The notes beneath the pieces were generated by a model that was given only the letters and a program-made list of their open reading frames with translations, was not told where the DNA came from and did no database searches. From Chiloscyllium plagiosum (Eukaryota), in NCBI RefSeq assembly GCF_004010195.1, contig NC_057719.1, positions 51,776,920 to 51,840,919 of the forward strand: DNA of 64,000 nucleotides, given 5' to 3'. Made by a program: the position numbers and the translations under genes. Position 1 is the first letter of the stretch; each line of letters opens with the position of its first letter. Positions 25,973 to 39,711 of the stretch are shown here, one piece after another.

Positions 25973-28900
25973 TGGGCAGAACGACACATCCGGGAAATGG
26001 ACGCTTCATCACTGGCCCTGTCCTAACCGTGATACACAAAGGTCAATAGCAGAGCCAATGGCAGATGGACCGATGTAATTCGTACATCTGGTTCTAGCTC
26101 AGCTTGAAGAGACTTGAGCAGTGAAACCTTCTCGCCAATATCCATATCATGTGCAGAATTTCTGTGCATACCTTCCCACTAGTGTGTCAATACATCATTA
26201 AACAGTAGCTGTATATCTCTGGGATGAGAAAGAGTAATGCAATTTCATTAAGCACTATATGGTATTGGGAATAACACAAACAGCATTGGTTCAATTCCTG
26301 TTCTGACATGAGGCAGACTTGGGATCTATCTCCTCACCCAGCCCAAGTGGAAGCCAATGGAAAACCACCAGTGACAGAAACTGCCAAGAAAACAGTTCAG
26401 GATGAAGCATCAGCAGATCACGAGCCAAGGACCTGTCTTTGGGTAGAGCACACGTGAATGAATGAAGCATGATACAAAATAACAAAGCAACTTACATAAG
26501 TAGCTGGAGCTCCACGAACCTGCAATCTAATCCCCTGCCCAGAGACCAAAAACAAAGAGGAGTCACATGATGGAAGAATCACATGACCATGACCATGGCC
26601 ATGACGCAGATAGCACCCACCTACAATGAAACTGCAAACTGCACCAGGATGCATTTGATGATACTTTGCTTTTCCTCCCCCCTCTGCCATGGATTTTGTG
26701 GTAACTGGGGAGACCTCGCTGCCGCCGTTAAGGCACTGAAATGTTTGACCATTGCGCACTTTGTACTGGGGAAAGAAGGCTGGTGTGAGTGTAAAGGTTT
26801 GATCCGTCTCCCCACGTACAGAGCAAGAGGGGGAGGGCTGCAGGCTGCACAGCTGGAATCACAGAAACACAGCCTTTGTATCAAACATCAAGCATGGATC
26901 CAGCTATAGGCAAGGCTAACTAGAACTGGCTCAGTAACAGTGTAAGCACCGAAACCCACTATTACATGGGTTGCTAACAATCTGCGATTCCTTCCCAGTG
27001 CTGTAATGCTTCAGATGTGACAGTTGCCAATGTGCAGTCGACAGCCCGACTCTCTCCCGTCTGCTATCACTTGCGTGTGCTCATAGCAAAAGACCTGGCC
27101 CCTTAAGTTCACGAAGGTGATGAGCGTTATGGGAGAATTCAATGACCTTCATGATGTAGAGTAACATTTGCTGATTCTCTGGTAAACTCTGAGCCAGTGT
27201 CTTAAAATAAAATAATGGTCGAGGTTCCTGCAAGGTAAGGGCGGGTTTCGAGTTTACATGTTAGTGGTCAAATAAAGACCGGAAACGTTAATGATGAAAA
27301 TATGTGCCTCTTTGTTTAGTGAGACTGAGAGGAACACGTAAATTCCACAGTAGACGCACCTCAGTAGTTTAAAATCTCGTCCAAATGACTACAGACCTAA
27401 GTAACGGTTAGAGGAAATATGATAAACCTGTTCAATGTTGTGGATTCCAAAACGAGTTACAACCTTCGAATTCTTCAGTAATACATTTTTATGGATGAAA
27501 TACTGTATATTGGCCTTGTTTGTAATTAACCATTTACATTGTCATGAGGGGGAAGGGGGAGTGTGATCACAGAGGTAATTTAGTGCTTGTAATAACTACA
27601 TAAAAGTGTTGATTATACGAACGAGGAGCTGATGTGGATCATAACAGGGGGATCCTACTCCACCATTCAATAAAGTTATGTACTCTGCTTCCACTTCACT
27701 GCCCCACCTCCTCCCATATTCCTTCATTAACTGAGAGGCTAAACATCTTTTTATTTCGGTCCTCAATATATTCAACTATGAAGCACTCACAACTTTCCAA
27801 ACATTTGGTACGTGTGGGGAAATTTCTTCTTAGTCCTGTATTTAGCATTTCAAGCTTATGGAGTACAGATCCAGAAAGGAGAAAAAAAAACAATCTCGGT
27901 ATGAGAAATATAGGTATTTTCAGAAACAAATTCTAGAAGGCAAGAGAGTTGCAGTGATTGAGTTCAATAGCTGGCACAGGTATGACGAGCTGAGTGCCCT
28001 TTTCTATGTGATACTTGGAGAAGGTGTGCTCATGCTTGAGTCCCACTACTCTTGGAATCATCAAAAATGTGAATGATTTTATCAAATTAGTCAAATCCTC
28101 CAATACCCCTGTCTGATTAACTCAAGGGAATCTCAAGTTTCTGTAAATAACAAGAAATGACTATTTATTGCAAAGAAATCAGTGCTAACCACAGGCAAAC
28201 AAAAGTACAAATTGTCAGCATATAACTTACCAACTGAAACTCTAAGTTTAACCCCTACACTAACAAATATGACATTCATAGTCAACGAAAATAATCGGGA
28301 AACACAGTTCAGTAGCACCAGTCCATAGGATGCGATGAGAAGTCTCTTTTACTTCCCAAGCCCTTCTGATGTCCAAGGTTATTCTTCACATTCTTTCAGT
28401 TCATTACTGCAGACAAAGTGTAACTAACACACTAATTTTCAGTCAATGATTGGAGGCAACAGCTCATAGCAGCTAGTGGGGGAAAAACATAGATAGCAAT
28501 CTTCCAGGTTTTGATTACTTCACTGTAGTGGGAGAGACAGAGACCTGTCTCAGATGCACACTGGAAGTTTCTCCACCAGTAACATTCTCTGATGTCTCCT
28601 GTACCCTATAACCAGTCTCATTTTGGACAATTAGCAATCTGTCTGTCTGAGTGAAGTTTACTCTGTATTCACCCACAAAGGCATCTTGGACATCTTCCAC
28701 ACTACTAGAGCAAAGCAATAGTGGAACCGCAATTCACTATGTCAGTTCTTACAAATACAGCAACTGTATAACTGTACAAATACAGCACAGACCTTACAGC
28801 AAAATCCTTTTCCCAATTTATGACACAATGCATATTAAAGAAAATAAAAATGCGATATTTACAATGAAGGAAAAGTCTGTTCTGATCTTCATTTTTGACA

Positions 28901-31900
28901 TCTTGCACAGTCTTCGTTAACATACTGTCCTGATTTTTTGGTATGCTTGACTTTTCAATGTTTATTTGTATGTCACCCTGCAATTATAAGAAGCAAATTA
29001 GTGAGTAACCTGTACAGGGATTTTTCAGGTTGTTGGGCAACCCCAGAACTTAGAGGGTCCATTGACTCTATCCTGGCTTTATATTAAATTGTCATCTTCA
29101 ATTTTGTCTGAATATATATTAATTTAGGTTTATGTATTTAATTTCAATGAAAAGTAAAATGTTTCACATACATTGAATTGGGTGAGAAAGAAAAATTAAA
29201 TACAATTGTTAATCACAGATTTGTTTTCAGCATAGATGTAAGGTTCTTAATACCTGAATTGGTTCTTTGAATGAGCAACTCACATAGTGACACTTGGCTG
29301 CCTTCACCCTGTAATCCTGCTCATTCTTCCTTCTCTGTTAACTGTCTAATTAATTTTTGAAGCCTCAATTTAAATTATATCCACCACACACTGTGTATTC
29401 CAGACCAGAACCACTTGTTAGGTGAAAGATTTTCCTTGTATCACTTTTGCTTATTTTAATAATTACTTTAAGTCTTTATTTCTAATGGTGTTAGTCCTTT
29501 TTAATAAATTGTTCAATTAGGTTTTTAGTTTTAGAATAATGTAATAGTAATTACCGGGAACAAGTGGTTTATCAAAGGTGTGGAAACCATAAATGTTCTA
29601 TACTGTCCCAACAGAAGCAGGAAATCATCGTGTTCCCTCTTGGTTGATTGCAGTAATTTGCTTGCTAGATTTTAGGTAGGGCTTCTTAATTTCCTAAAAT
29701 GGTGGCTATCACAGAGCAAACATTACAGGTGAATATTATCTTTGTTTTAATTTCAGTAGTAGCGCAATACTACTATTATTGACAATATTCTGAACAGTGG
29801 GCAATGTATGGATAGCAAGGTAGCAGAAGTAGATATTACTATTTTGAAAACAATCACAAATTCATGATATTGGGCACATGCCGATATTCTAAATAAGGAT
29901 AGAAGGAGAAACTCAGCAGGTCTGGCAACATCTGTGTGAAGAGACAAACAGGACAGACATTTTGAATCCAATATGACCAACCTTCAGAATTGAGGTGCTA
30001 AAGTAGTGGTCTGTCAGTCTGTGCTCTGACACAAGGTGCATTGTATCTCCTTTAAAGGAGCAAGTAATTCCTGAAATCAATGAGAATTTCTGCTTTTTTC
30101 CTCCCATGTCACTGATAGAAACCCAGTAATAAGTTATGACCTATTCAATAGTTTGTGATAGGATGTGAAGAATAGAATTTGATAAACAACAGAATTTGTC
30201 TGATTTGTTTTGTAATGGTGGAGGGATGCTAAGTGATGATTAGATTTTTAAAAAAAAGTTTAAGTTGAGAAAAAGAAGTCGAAGCATTTTAATGTCTACC
30301 TCATCCGATGTGTATGTTTGAAATTTTAGTTTGTTTTCACTTTTTTCTTTTTAAATGAAACAATTTCAATTTGTTGCCGGGCTGAGTATTTGAGAAAATC
30401 CCTTTAATGTCATTTGCTGCTTGGACTGTCTAATAATATTGCTCCATTCTGGAAATATCCCAGTGAAGGTCACTGTGATCTGCATAGTGATAAGGCTGAA
30501 ATTCTAACCAAAGAAATTGTTTGATCTCTGTGACATTTTACTTCAAAGCCAAAAGTAAATGCTGTTGCTTTGCTGATGACTACCGATTCCAGGCAATGTG
30601 TCTTAAGTTTTGTACGTGGAGCCGATGCTTCATTGAAAATATATTAGTTACTTCTGTAGGTGGCAGTGTAATGAGAATTTTCAATGCTGAACACATTTTT
30701 TGAAGTGACAAGAAAATGTTTGCAAATTCTGACTGTCATCACTTAATAATTGTTCAAGAAGCTTTTTACATCCATTTCTAAATTGCACACAAAATATTTC
30801 TTAAACTAATTAAATCTCAAAAAATTACTAAATCTATCAACTGCATTAGCCTTTTAGTGTTTAAACCAAGATTTGGAGTTAATATTTTTGCCGAAAGCTG
30901 TGACTTTAGACTTTGGAAAATGAACATTAAAGTGGAATACAATAGCGGAAGAATCAAGGGGGCAGAGGTAAACAAATCACAAAAAGTAGCAATGACAGTA
31001 ATTAACAAGTATATCAAAGATTGGAGTTCAGTTCTACAGGATAGAATTGAGAAACAGAAGTTATGGTTAGACCACATTTGGTAGCACTGCAAGCAGTCTT
31101 GGTCTCCATATTGATACAAAAGGGTTTAGAGATGCTGCAGAATGTGCAAAAAGGATTATCTCCAATGACGCCAAAACTGAGAGGTTACAACTATCAAAAA
31201 AAGCTGCTAATAATTTCTGTACAAAAGAGTAGCTTGAGGTTTTGCTGATAAAGAATATGGAAGGGTTTGGTGAAGAGAAAACATAGATAAAATATTTCCA
31301 TTTATGGGGTAGAACAGAACTAGGAACTAGAAAAGTATACATAGTACACTAATGTACTCGTGAACCAGTAATGTTTTGTTGTTGTAGTAGTATTCATCTA
31401 GCTACACTGAACAAATCCTTTCTTAAAGTTACTTTGAAAGGTAAAAGGACGTTTTATTGAATGTTTTGCAAAATGTTACAATACAGAGACAAACAGTGGA
31501 ACCAAATTGGCCTTTCAACCTCTGTCTTCACAACACAGTAAAATTAAAATCTTCAAAGACTCTTAAAATTGGTCCCAATGACTCCTAACAGACGTTCTGA
31601 ATAACCAATCCTATACTCCACAATCAATTAGAGACACCAGGTTTGTAGCTTAAACAAAAGATTTAGCAATTTATTAGCAATACAATTACTTTAGCAAAGC
31701 AAAATTAAACAAAAAAGTAATTTAATTGACGTCTATGATTTAACCTTTGTTGTCAGCCCCACTCTCACAAATGACAGACAAACACAATGAAGGGATAAGT
31801 AAAACAAAATAACAAAACTGGCCAAATTATTTAAGCAGTTTTATTTGCATTGTTCCATAGACATATATGATTTTCTCAAGACATCGATTAGTACTGCTTC

Positions 31901-33533
31901 TAGTTCATATGATGTAGTCAGTGATATTATAACTTATTTTTTATTCCTTGAACTATCAGTGGAAGGTTAGGTAGGGAGCTTTCAAATCATCATGTTGTAG
32001 TATCAATAGCCAAAAATCTCTTAGAAAACCTAATCTAAATCTAAAAACCCAGATCAAAATTTCTGGCCTCTCCCTATCAGACTAACTGTCTCACCATGAG
32101 TCCCAGTTACCATTCAATATCTGCCCTCTGCTTGACCATAAGGTCACTTCCAAACTTGCTGGAACCAATTCCCAGGTGCTGGCCTCTTTTGTGGACAAAC
32201 ACCTGTTTGTTTACACATACTGATCTGCACCAGTGACAGTCTGTAAAACCTTTTGATTGAGAACTAACCTGTAATTAACTTCCAGGTCTGGGCTCACAGT
32301 GTATGTGCTTTCTCATTTTTTAAAATGCAATTTGCTGTCCACAGCCCAAAGGTTATTTTCAGCTCACAGTTCTTAGTTCATAGTTCGAAACCAAAATTGA
32401 TAAAAGAATAAAATAAAAATAATGAGAAATCAGTGAGGGTGCTAACAAATGTGATGTGACTCTGTGTGAAATGAAGAACAATACTCTTTATTTAAAATTT
32501 TGTAAAGAGTAACAGCTGACAAAACCAGAGTTAATGTTAATAGAAGTTTGGCTGGAAAAAATGAATTTCAATGCTGAATAATTTTCTATACCATTAATTG
32601 CCTAATGAAAACATTTATTGTTCATTTTGTTTTATGTATTTAAGGGATGAAGATGTCACTGACTAGACTAGCATTCATTGCTCACCCCTAACTTCCCAAA
32701 GGGCAATAAAGAATCCTGTGTTATCTTCCATTCTTGTTGCAAATGTGCGAAAGAAATGGAAATTGCAGTGACCAAAGCTAGGTAAGTAATTGTTTTCCGT
32801 ATAAGCACTACATGAGTAGTGTAAGACCTTTCAGGGGGCAGTTACATTAATCAGGTTGAAGACACCTCTAATCATAGTGCTTTGCATGTGAAATACATGC
32901 GGTATCCTGTGTGGATACAAATCCTGACAACAAGCCATGTTGACCACGTCATTTGGTCATTTCAGATTGATTCTATTAATCTCTTTAAAATAGAATCATT
33001 CATAGGTGACCTTAAAAATCTTTCCTTTAAGAAACAATTCATATAGACAGTCCTAGACTTCATTGACTGCACATGGACATGGAACTGATTTCCTCTCTCC
33101 TTGAACTGTGTGTATTTTCCATGTGCTTTTGTGTGCTATACCTCTTCACTTAGGTGATGTTGGGTGTGGGGACAAGTTTTCAGTAATTCTGCTGTGTTTA
33201 CAATCTTCCACTATATGTATGTGGCATAGTTTGTGTGGCAAATATTGTAATGAGGCCCCTGTGGCAAAGGTTCATGGACATGCAATCCATGGCCTTCATT
33301 TTTAGAGTCCTCCATGTATCCGTATATTGAGAACTTTTCTAAACCATTATCAACTTGAGATGAGAATGCTGATTGCTCACATTACTAAGAATCTGAACCC
33401 CAACAGGTTTATTGGAACTGTGGCCAATGGATCCAGCTATGGTCACTGTGGCCATGGTGCTACAAAGGTGCATAGAAATGGAGGAAAACCAAGTGTGCCA
33501 GCAAACTCAGGGTGAGCAGCAATCTGGCTGCTC

Positions 33534-33861
33534 AGGGTGGCTCAGTGGTTAGCGCTACTGTCTCACAGTACCAGGGACCTGGGTTTGATTCCAGCCTTGG
33601 GAGACTGTGTGGAGTTTGCACCTTCTGCTCATGTCTGTGTGGGCTTCCTCCGGGTGCACTGATTTCCACCCACAGTCCAAATATGTGCAGGCCATGGCTA
33701 AATTGCCCATGGTGTTCAAAGATGTGTCGGTTTAGTGCATTAATCAGGGGAAATGTAGAGTATAGGGTAGGGGAATGGATCTGGGTGGGTTACTCTGGAG
33801 GGTCAGTGTAGACTTGTTGGGCCAAATGGCCTGTTTCCACATTGTAGGGATTCTATGACTA
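33534..33861 (+). mobile_element. HE1-type SINE, older subfamily
   Basis: Head GGTGGCTCAGTGGTTAGC, central domain and GGATTCTATGACT tail. Confidence 0.85.
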
Positions 33862-36716
33862 TAACAATCACTGGTGGCTATGAACCATTTGAAGAGGTTA
33901 CAGCTGAAGGTTCCTTGGGGTGTGGAAGAAGGTACAGGAGACCCAAAGTCTTTTATCCTCTATGCCATTTCTTCATATGTGAGCTTGTCCCAGGACACTA
34001 TCACCTAACTGTGTCATCTGCTGGAGTGATCTGAAGGAGTGGTTGTTATCCTATTCTAAACACCATCAAGCTGACAGCTGCATTAAGTTTTTCATCAAAG
34101 GGTTTTCCAACAAAGCCGACTTCTCCCTTGTACTGAGGGCTCTAGACTGCATTGAGAGTACCATATCACAAGGTAGACTACATTAAAGGGGTTCCATCCC
34201 ATAATATACAAGTCGTTTGTAGAAGCCGCCATGATGCTTATATCCTTCAGAACTCATTCCTGCTTTGTTTCCAGGGCTGTATACCTTACAAGTATGGTTA
34301 TTAGGAGATGAGGACTATCCTCTGCAAATGTGGCTGATGACTCCATTACATAACCCCTGAATGATGCTGAATGTAGGTACAATTCAACCCATTCTTCCAA
34401 TAGGGCCCTTGTAGAGCATACAATAGGATTCCCAAAGATCAGGTTCCGATGCTTGGATCAGTCAAGGGGGGAGGGCCTTCTAGTACATCCTCGACAGAGA
34501 GTGCTGCAATAATCTCAGCCTGTGAGATAGAAAAGGGAGAAGGACAACCAAATATTGAATCACAAAATGGTTTGGATCTAATAGGTGTACGTCTATGGTC
34601 CCCTGAAACCATGTGCCAAAGGAGCAGACAAAGAGGGAATTTCATGGATGCTGAACAGCTGGGAGAATAGCATCTATCTTCCGAAATGAAGACATTGAGC
34701 AGGAGGAACATTACCGTCAGTGAGATATAGCGCTACAGCACTAGGCACAAGAAGCCAGACAGGACTTGACATTTTGCTCTAATGGATATGAGCTCGGTGC
34801 AGTGGTCACTCACTGACAGTAAATTTGAGGTTGCTGAAAAGGCAATCCATCCTTGTTGGTTCTCGGAAGCAGATGCAACTTTGTTTTCTCTTTGCTTCTG
34901 TTCAAGAAAAGTCAGCAGTTTAAACTCTTTCCAGCATGTAATGCTCCTGTGTTGAACAATGACAAAAGGTGACGTTCCACTGGATAACACCCCTTTCAAC
35001 AGGGTTCTAAATCGGTATAGAAGTATGGGTGTAATGTGTGGAGAGTGATTCTTGTGGCTGCAGTCACTATGATTGTCACTTAGACTGGTAATGATGTAAA
35101 AGAGCAATACATTTATGAATGTGTATTTGTGAAATGTCATGCCTCCACCTAAATGCTGTTAAAAGCTCCTTTTTAAAATTATTTTCCTTGCACTGTGTAC
35201 TGTGAAGGGAAATTCCTAGGTGGAAGCATTTGACCTGGTGCACAACTGGGCTTTAAGTAAGAAATTGATAGGTCCTAACAATGATGAGTACTTCCACTGC
35301 AGAGCTGTGGTGCATACATTAATAGTGTGAGCAGTGTAAAATTGCATGAGAAAATACGAGAGCTCATCCTCCGTTAAACTCACCAAACATGATGCTTAGC
35401 TAATTTGTAGTATCATTAATGAGCTCAATGTGTAGCAGTTACATTTACTGTATCCTTTGCCTCACAAACAATAGCACTTAATGTAGTGGTCTCATATTCA
35501 GAGTTTGCGCATCTAACTACACATGAGAAAGAATTACATGGAGGCTAGCTTCCTTCAGCAGACAGGGCTGCAGACCTACTCCTATTAGACTCCAAACACT
35601 TGAGTGATTTGATTTTTGGTTGCCCTTCTCTCCGAAGGTAGTCACCTTTTGCTACATCATCAAGTAGCCATATTTTCTTGTGAACTAGTAAACTACCAAG
35701 CTGCAGTAGCCATTAGAGCTGAAACTGAACTCATCTTCACTCTGATTAATGTATAGGTACACTCCTGTATGAACTGGTGTGCAGTTATTAGCAACTATAG
35801 CTTGCACTTAGATAGCAGTTTTAACATTGATAAGGCCTTGGATATTGTGCAGAAAAAAAATCTGACATCTTGCCACATGAGATATTTAGGAAAGGTAATG
35901 AAAAGCACGTTTAAACAAGTAGGTTTTCTTTTATGATGGAAGGTAGAGAACGTTGAAAAAAATTCCACAGTTTAGGGCCCAGGCTGCTCAAAACATGACT
36001 AACGATGTTCTCACAATCAAAAGGAGGGTTGTGAAAAAGACCAGTATGCTTTCACTTTATTTAACAAGGATACTATAAAGAACAGTCTAATTTGGTATGA
36101 AACCTGTAATCTTACTGGTCTATGCAGCACCGAGTTGACAATTTTACCTGTAAATCACTTGATATTTGAACACTTAAGTATCAGAAGATTTACCCCATGT
36201 GAAATTCTGTGTTCAATTTGCATTGTTGTACCTTTGAATTCTATTGTTAATTGTTTCCTTGTTTATAGATATTCTGATAGCCCCCAATGGGACGTTAATA
36301 AAGCCACTCAATGTCCAAGAGACATTTTGCAGATTTCTATTGAGCAACTTTATGATTGAGCTTTTGATTTATTAAAAGCCTTTGAATAACATTACAACCG
36401 CTTTGACCATTTACTCTATTGAAATATATTTTCCTACTCGTCACAGCATTTCAATCTCAAAATGAAGCTGAAGCTCAATACCCTGGACAATACAGGACAA
36501 GTTATATGGTTAATTTAATCTGGCTTTGTATTGTCCAGGCAGTTTCTGGGTTATGAATGGTTCTGTGCTTAAGTCCGTTCACAAATTGATTTGTATTCAA
36601 GTCTGAATACAATGTAGGACAATATAAAGTTGCTGCTCGTAAGTACAGGAAATGTTAATATGTTGGACGTTTATAAATTTGGGACCCTTATACAGCCAAA
36701 TATTATAATAACTTGT

Positions 36717-37005
36717 GGGCGGCGCGGTGGCTAACACTGCTGCCTCACAGCGCCAGAGACCCGGGTTCAATTCCCGCCTCAGGCGACTGACTGTGTGGAG
36801 TTTGCACATTCTCCCTGTGCCTGCGTGGGTTTCCTCCAGGTGCTCCGGTTTCCTCCCACAATCCAAAAACGTGTAGGTTAGGTAAATTGGCAATGCTAAA
36901 TTGTCCGTAGTGTTAGGTGAAGGAGTAAATGTAGGGGAATGGGTCGGTGTGGACTTGTTGGGCCCCGAAGGGTCTGTTTCCACACTAAGTAATCTAATCT
37001 AATCT
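36717..37005 (+). mobile_element. HE1-type SINE
   Basis: Full head GGGCGGCGCGGTGG and (AATCT)3 tail. Confidence 0.92.
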
Positions 37006-37007
37006 GA

Positions 37008-37058
37008 TTTATTGCAAAGCAAAACCAAATGCATCACAGTTGGACAATGTACTTTATT
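37008..37058 (-). terminator. Candidate L3HYPDH polyadenylation signals
   Basis: AATAAA on the minus strand at 37053-37058 and 37008-37013, about 0.7 kb after the stop codon. Usage is not demonstrated. Confidence 0.4.
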
Positions 37059-37742
37059 GTTCTCCAACACTTCTTAATTAAATAAAACTAAATTAAACAT
37101 TATAAATAATTTTGGCAGATTTGTCAGTCTTAGACTTATCAAATTAAAATCGTACAAAACGGAAATCTAATTTATCTAGTAGTAAAATATAATTATGCAT
37201 ATTGGGTTAACAATTATTAAATGTTAGTGATTTAATTGAAATGTCAGGTTATAGCAGTTAAATGTTTGTGGTGATACTAGAAGGCAGTGATTTACAGGTC
37301 TATGTTTTCAATACATATTCTGAGGTTCAGATTAATAACTTCAATAGCAGCATGAGTATATTGTGATTTAAAGCCATTAGAGATATTTTGCAGACCAGCA
37401 TGCTTGTCTGCTTACACTGTACAGTCTCAATTAACATTGCATAGAGTTTCATTGCATGATGCACTTAAATACAATTAATAGAATAAGCACCTTGTTCAGA
37501 CTGAAATATCACTTTTGATTTACTCAGCATGAAACATTTCTAGTGTGAAATACATAATTGGTTCTAAACTCATTGTACATTTAACTCATGATTAACCAGT
37601 TACTAAACACATGACAAACTTAATTATACCAAAATAATTCAATGCCCTTGAGATATTAAGATTCAGATTAAGAATGCTGAATTGCATTTGGGAAGAACGG
37701 AGAGTTAAGAATTAACATTATCAAAATACCCCTTTGTTTTTC

Positions 37743-37868
37743 TTAGCGGAGCAGAAACCCATCTTTCAGATCGTCATCATCTTCCACGTAAAAACTTGCT
37801 GTTCCTGTATAATATGCTTGTCCTGCTACTTCCACTATAACAGCTTTGAAATCACCACATTTAGTTTC
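37743..37868 (-). CDS. L3HYPDH: L3HYPDH exon 5 (terminal coding exon)
   Basis: Acceptor ttccttctacAG. Encodes ETKCGDFKAVIVEVAGQAYYTGTASFYVEDDDDLKDGFLLR then TAA. 126 nt. The five exons sum to 1038 nt, i.e. 345 aa plus stop. Confidence 0.95.
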   Translation of the reverse strand, partial: ETKCGDFKAVIVEVAGQAYYTGTASFYVEDDDDLKDGFLLR

Positions 37869-39520
37869 CTGTAGAAGGAAAAAAGACTATTTTTATCAGT
37901 ATTTTTTATAATATTGCACACGGTTGGCACATAATATACAGAAGCTACCAAATAAATATAACTGGACAAATGTTGCTGAAGTCTGTGCTATATACAAAGC
38001 TTTTACTATCATGCAGACACTAATACAAAACTATCAAAAAATCTTTGGTTTTGATCAGTTTTTAAATATTTCTTAATAGTTACTTGTCCATATTAATTCA
38101 AAAATTTTTTAAAAGATTTTTTTAAAGTGGTAGCTTTCTGTTTCTGAACTGAATATGCTGGTTATAATTCTTTAGATTTTTAAAATATATTCACAGGAGG
38201 TGGACTAAGAGAGAAAACAACCTCTGACCCATTGTTCTACCATCCATCTCCAAACCCCTTTCCTCAGGACTGTTTTTTTTCATTCATAAATGCTTTCTCT
38301 CAGTACTTTTTTTTTATTTCCCCCATCACCTGTGTTACTTTTCACCTTTATCCACCACTACTAAATGCCTGTATTTTCCAGTTAAATTATCACGTTAATG
38401 TGGAAAGTCCATAAAGGTCTGTGCAATAAACTAAAAGTGAGGGAAGGGAGAGGGGGGCAAAATCAAAAAGGAGTTTAGATATATTAAACCAATTTCAATG
38501 AAAGGGGGATATGGAAACAGTCAAATTCTGCTGCACCCTCAATTCAGTTCCCTGATCAATAAGAATCCACCTGCGAGTCTGAGAATTAAGATTTGACAGT
38601 TAAACTGGTTTCTGCATCTCCATGTCAATTATGGCACAAACAATCTCCAGCCTCTCTCGTGCCATATAAAACGTGTCTCTTAATTCCAATCTGTTTCTTG
38701 TAACCTAGTTCTGATAAGTGTAAGACAGAAAGCTTCAGGAAATGAACTTTCTAACTTGTTCTAAGTCTTTTCTCTGTTATTTTAATGATGCAGACAGAAC
38801 ATTAGTGAAGCACACCATACACAACAAATTGATAAGGAAAGATAATTTTGTTTTTTTTTAATTCAGATGCATTTCTGGGCTATATAGTAGTTATTAACTT
38901 AGACAGATACTCACCTTTAAGTGGAGGAGTAGACAGACCCAAGTTTTTAAAGTGAGCTAAGTATAATGGTGACTAAATGTGATTAAATTTGAAAGTTAGT
39001 TTTAAAAAAAAAAGACGGTTGAATTGTCTCAACTAATATTACATAACTTAATACTGATAACAATTCTTGGTAGTGAAATGGAAAACTTTTAACCTGTTTG
39101 CACACGTACAGTGGAAATGGAACAATACTATCTTTGGGTGCCACATTGATGGAAACTGCATTCTGTTTGCTACTTAAGCTGGATCATTCTGTAATATTTG
39201 TAAACTTACTTTACTGTTGATATTTGGTACTATAAACATTAAGGAATATTTAAAATAATTTCAAAAATCAGAAGGATTAATTGGAAGAAAAACTCTAGTA
39301 ATTAAAAATGAAATTTCCAATAAACATTAATTTCTGAAGCCGAAATTAATTTCTACAACTTGTGGTGAATACCATATTTCTGTAATTTCCATACATAGTA
39401 GGTATAGATTATTGGCTCTTGATATTTACAGAAAAGATAAATGCAGCTAAGCATTATGACTTGGGCCAAAATAACTAATTGGGTTTCAAAAAGCAACAAT
39501 ATTGATAATATGTCAATTAC

Positions 39521-39658
39521 CTCTACAGCTTTTGCTGTGAACAGCGAACTCGTTGGACCACTCTGAAATGTCCTCATTTGATTCAGGGGAATCAATCCTT
39601 TGTGGTACTGCAGTGCAATACGAGCAGTCACACCTGAGCCACAAGGACTTCTGTCAAC
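39521..39658 (-). CDS. L3HYPDH: L3HYPDH exon 4 (second catalytic residue, here Cys)
   Basis: Acceptor cttatAG. Encodes VDRSPCGSGVTARIALQYHKGLIPLNQMRTFQSGPTSSLFTAKAVE. Donor GTAATT. 138 nt. Confidence 0.95.
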
Positions 39659-39711
39659 CTATAAGTTACACAAAAAGTGTTTAAACTGTTCTTTATGCAT
39701 GAAATGTATTT

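Noticed and set aside
25973-25987. GPR135 start at 25987 as given by the ORF track
   Set aside because: That codon is GTG; the first in-frame ATG is at 25972.
25484-26078. 186-aa plus-strand ORF over GPR135
   Set aside because: Antisense shadow of the GPCR coding sequence.
31480-32450. Possible solo LTR-like sequence
   Set aside because: Compositional impression only; no terminal dinucleotides, target duplication or second copy identified.
33900-35140. Short ORFs (90 and 135 aa) in unique-looking sequence between GPR135 and L3HYPDH
   Set aside because: No recognisable protein similarity or consistent exon structure.
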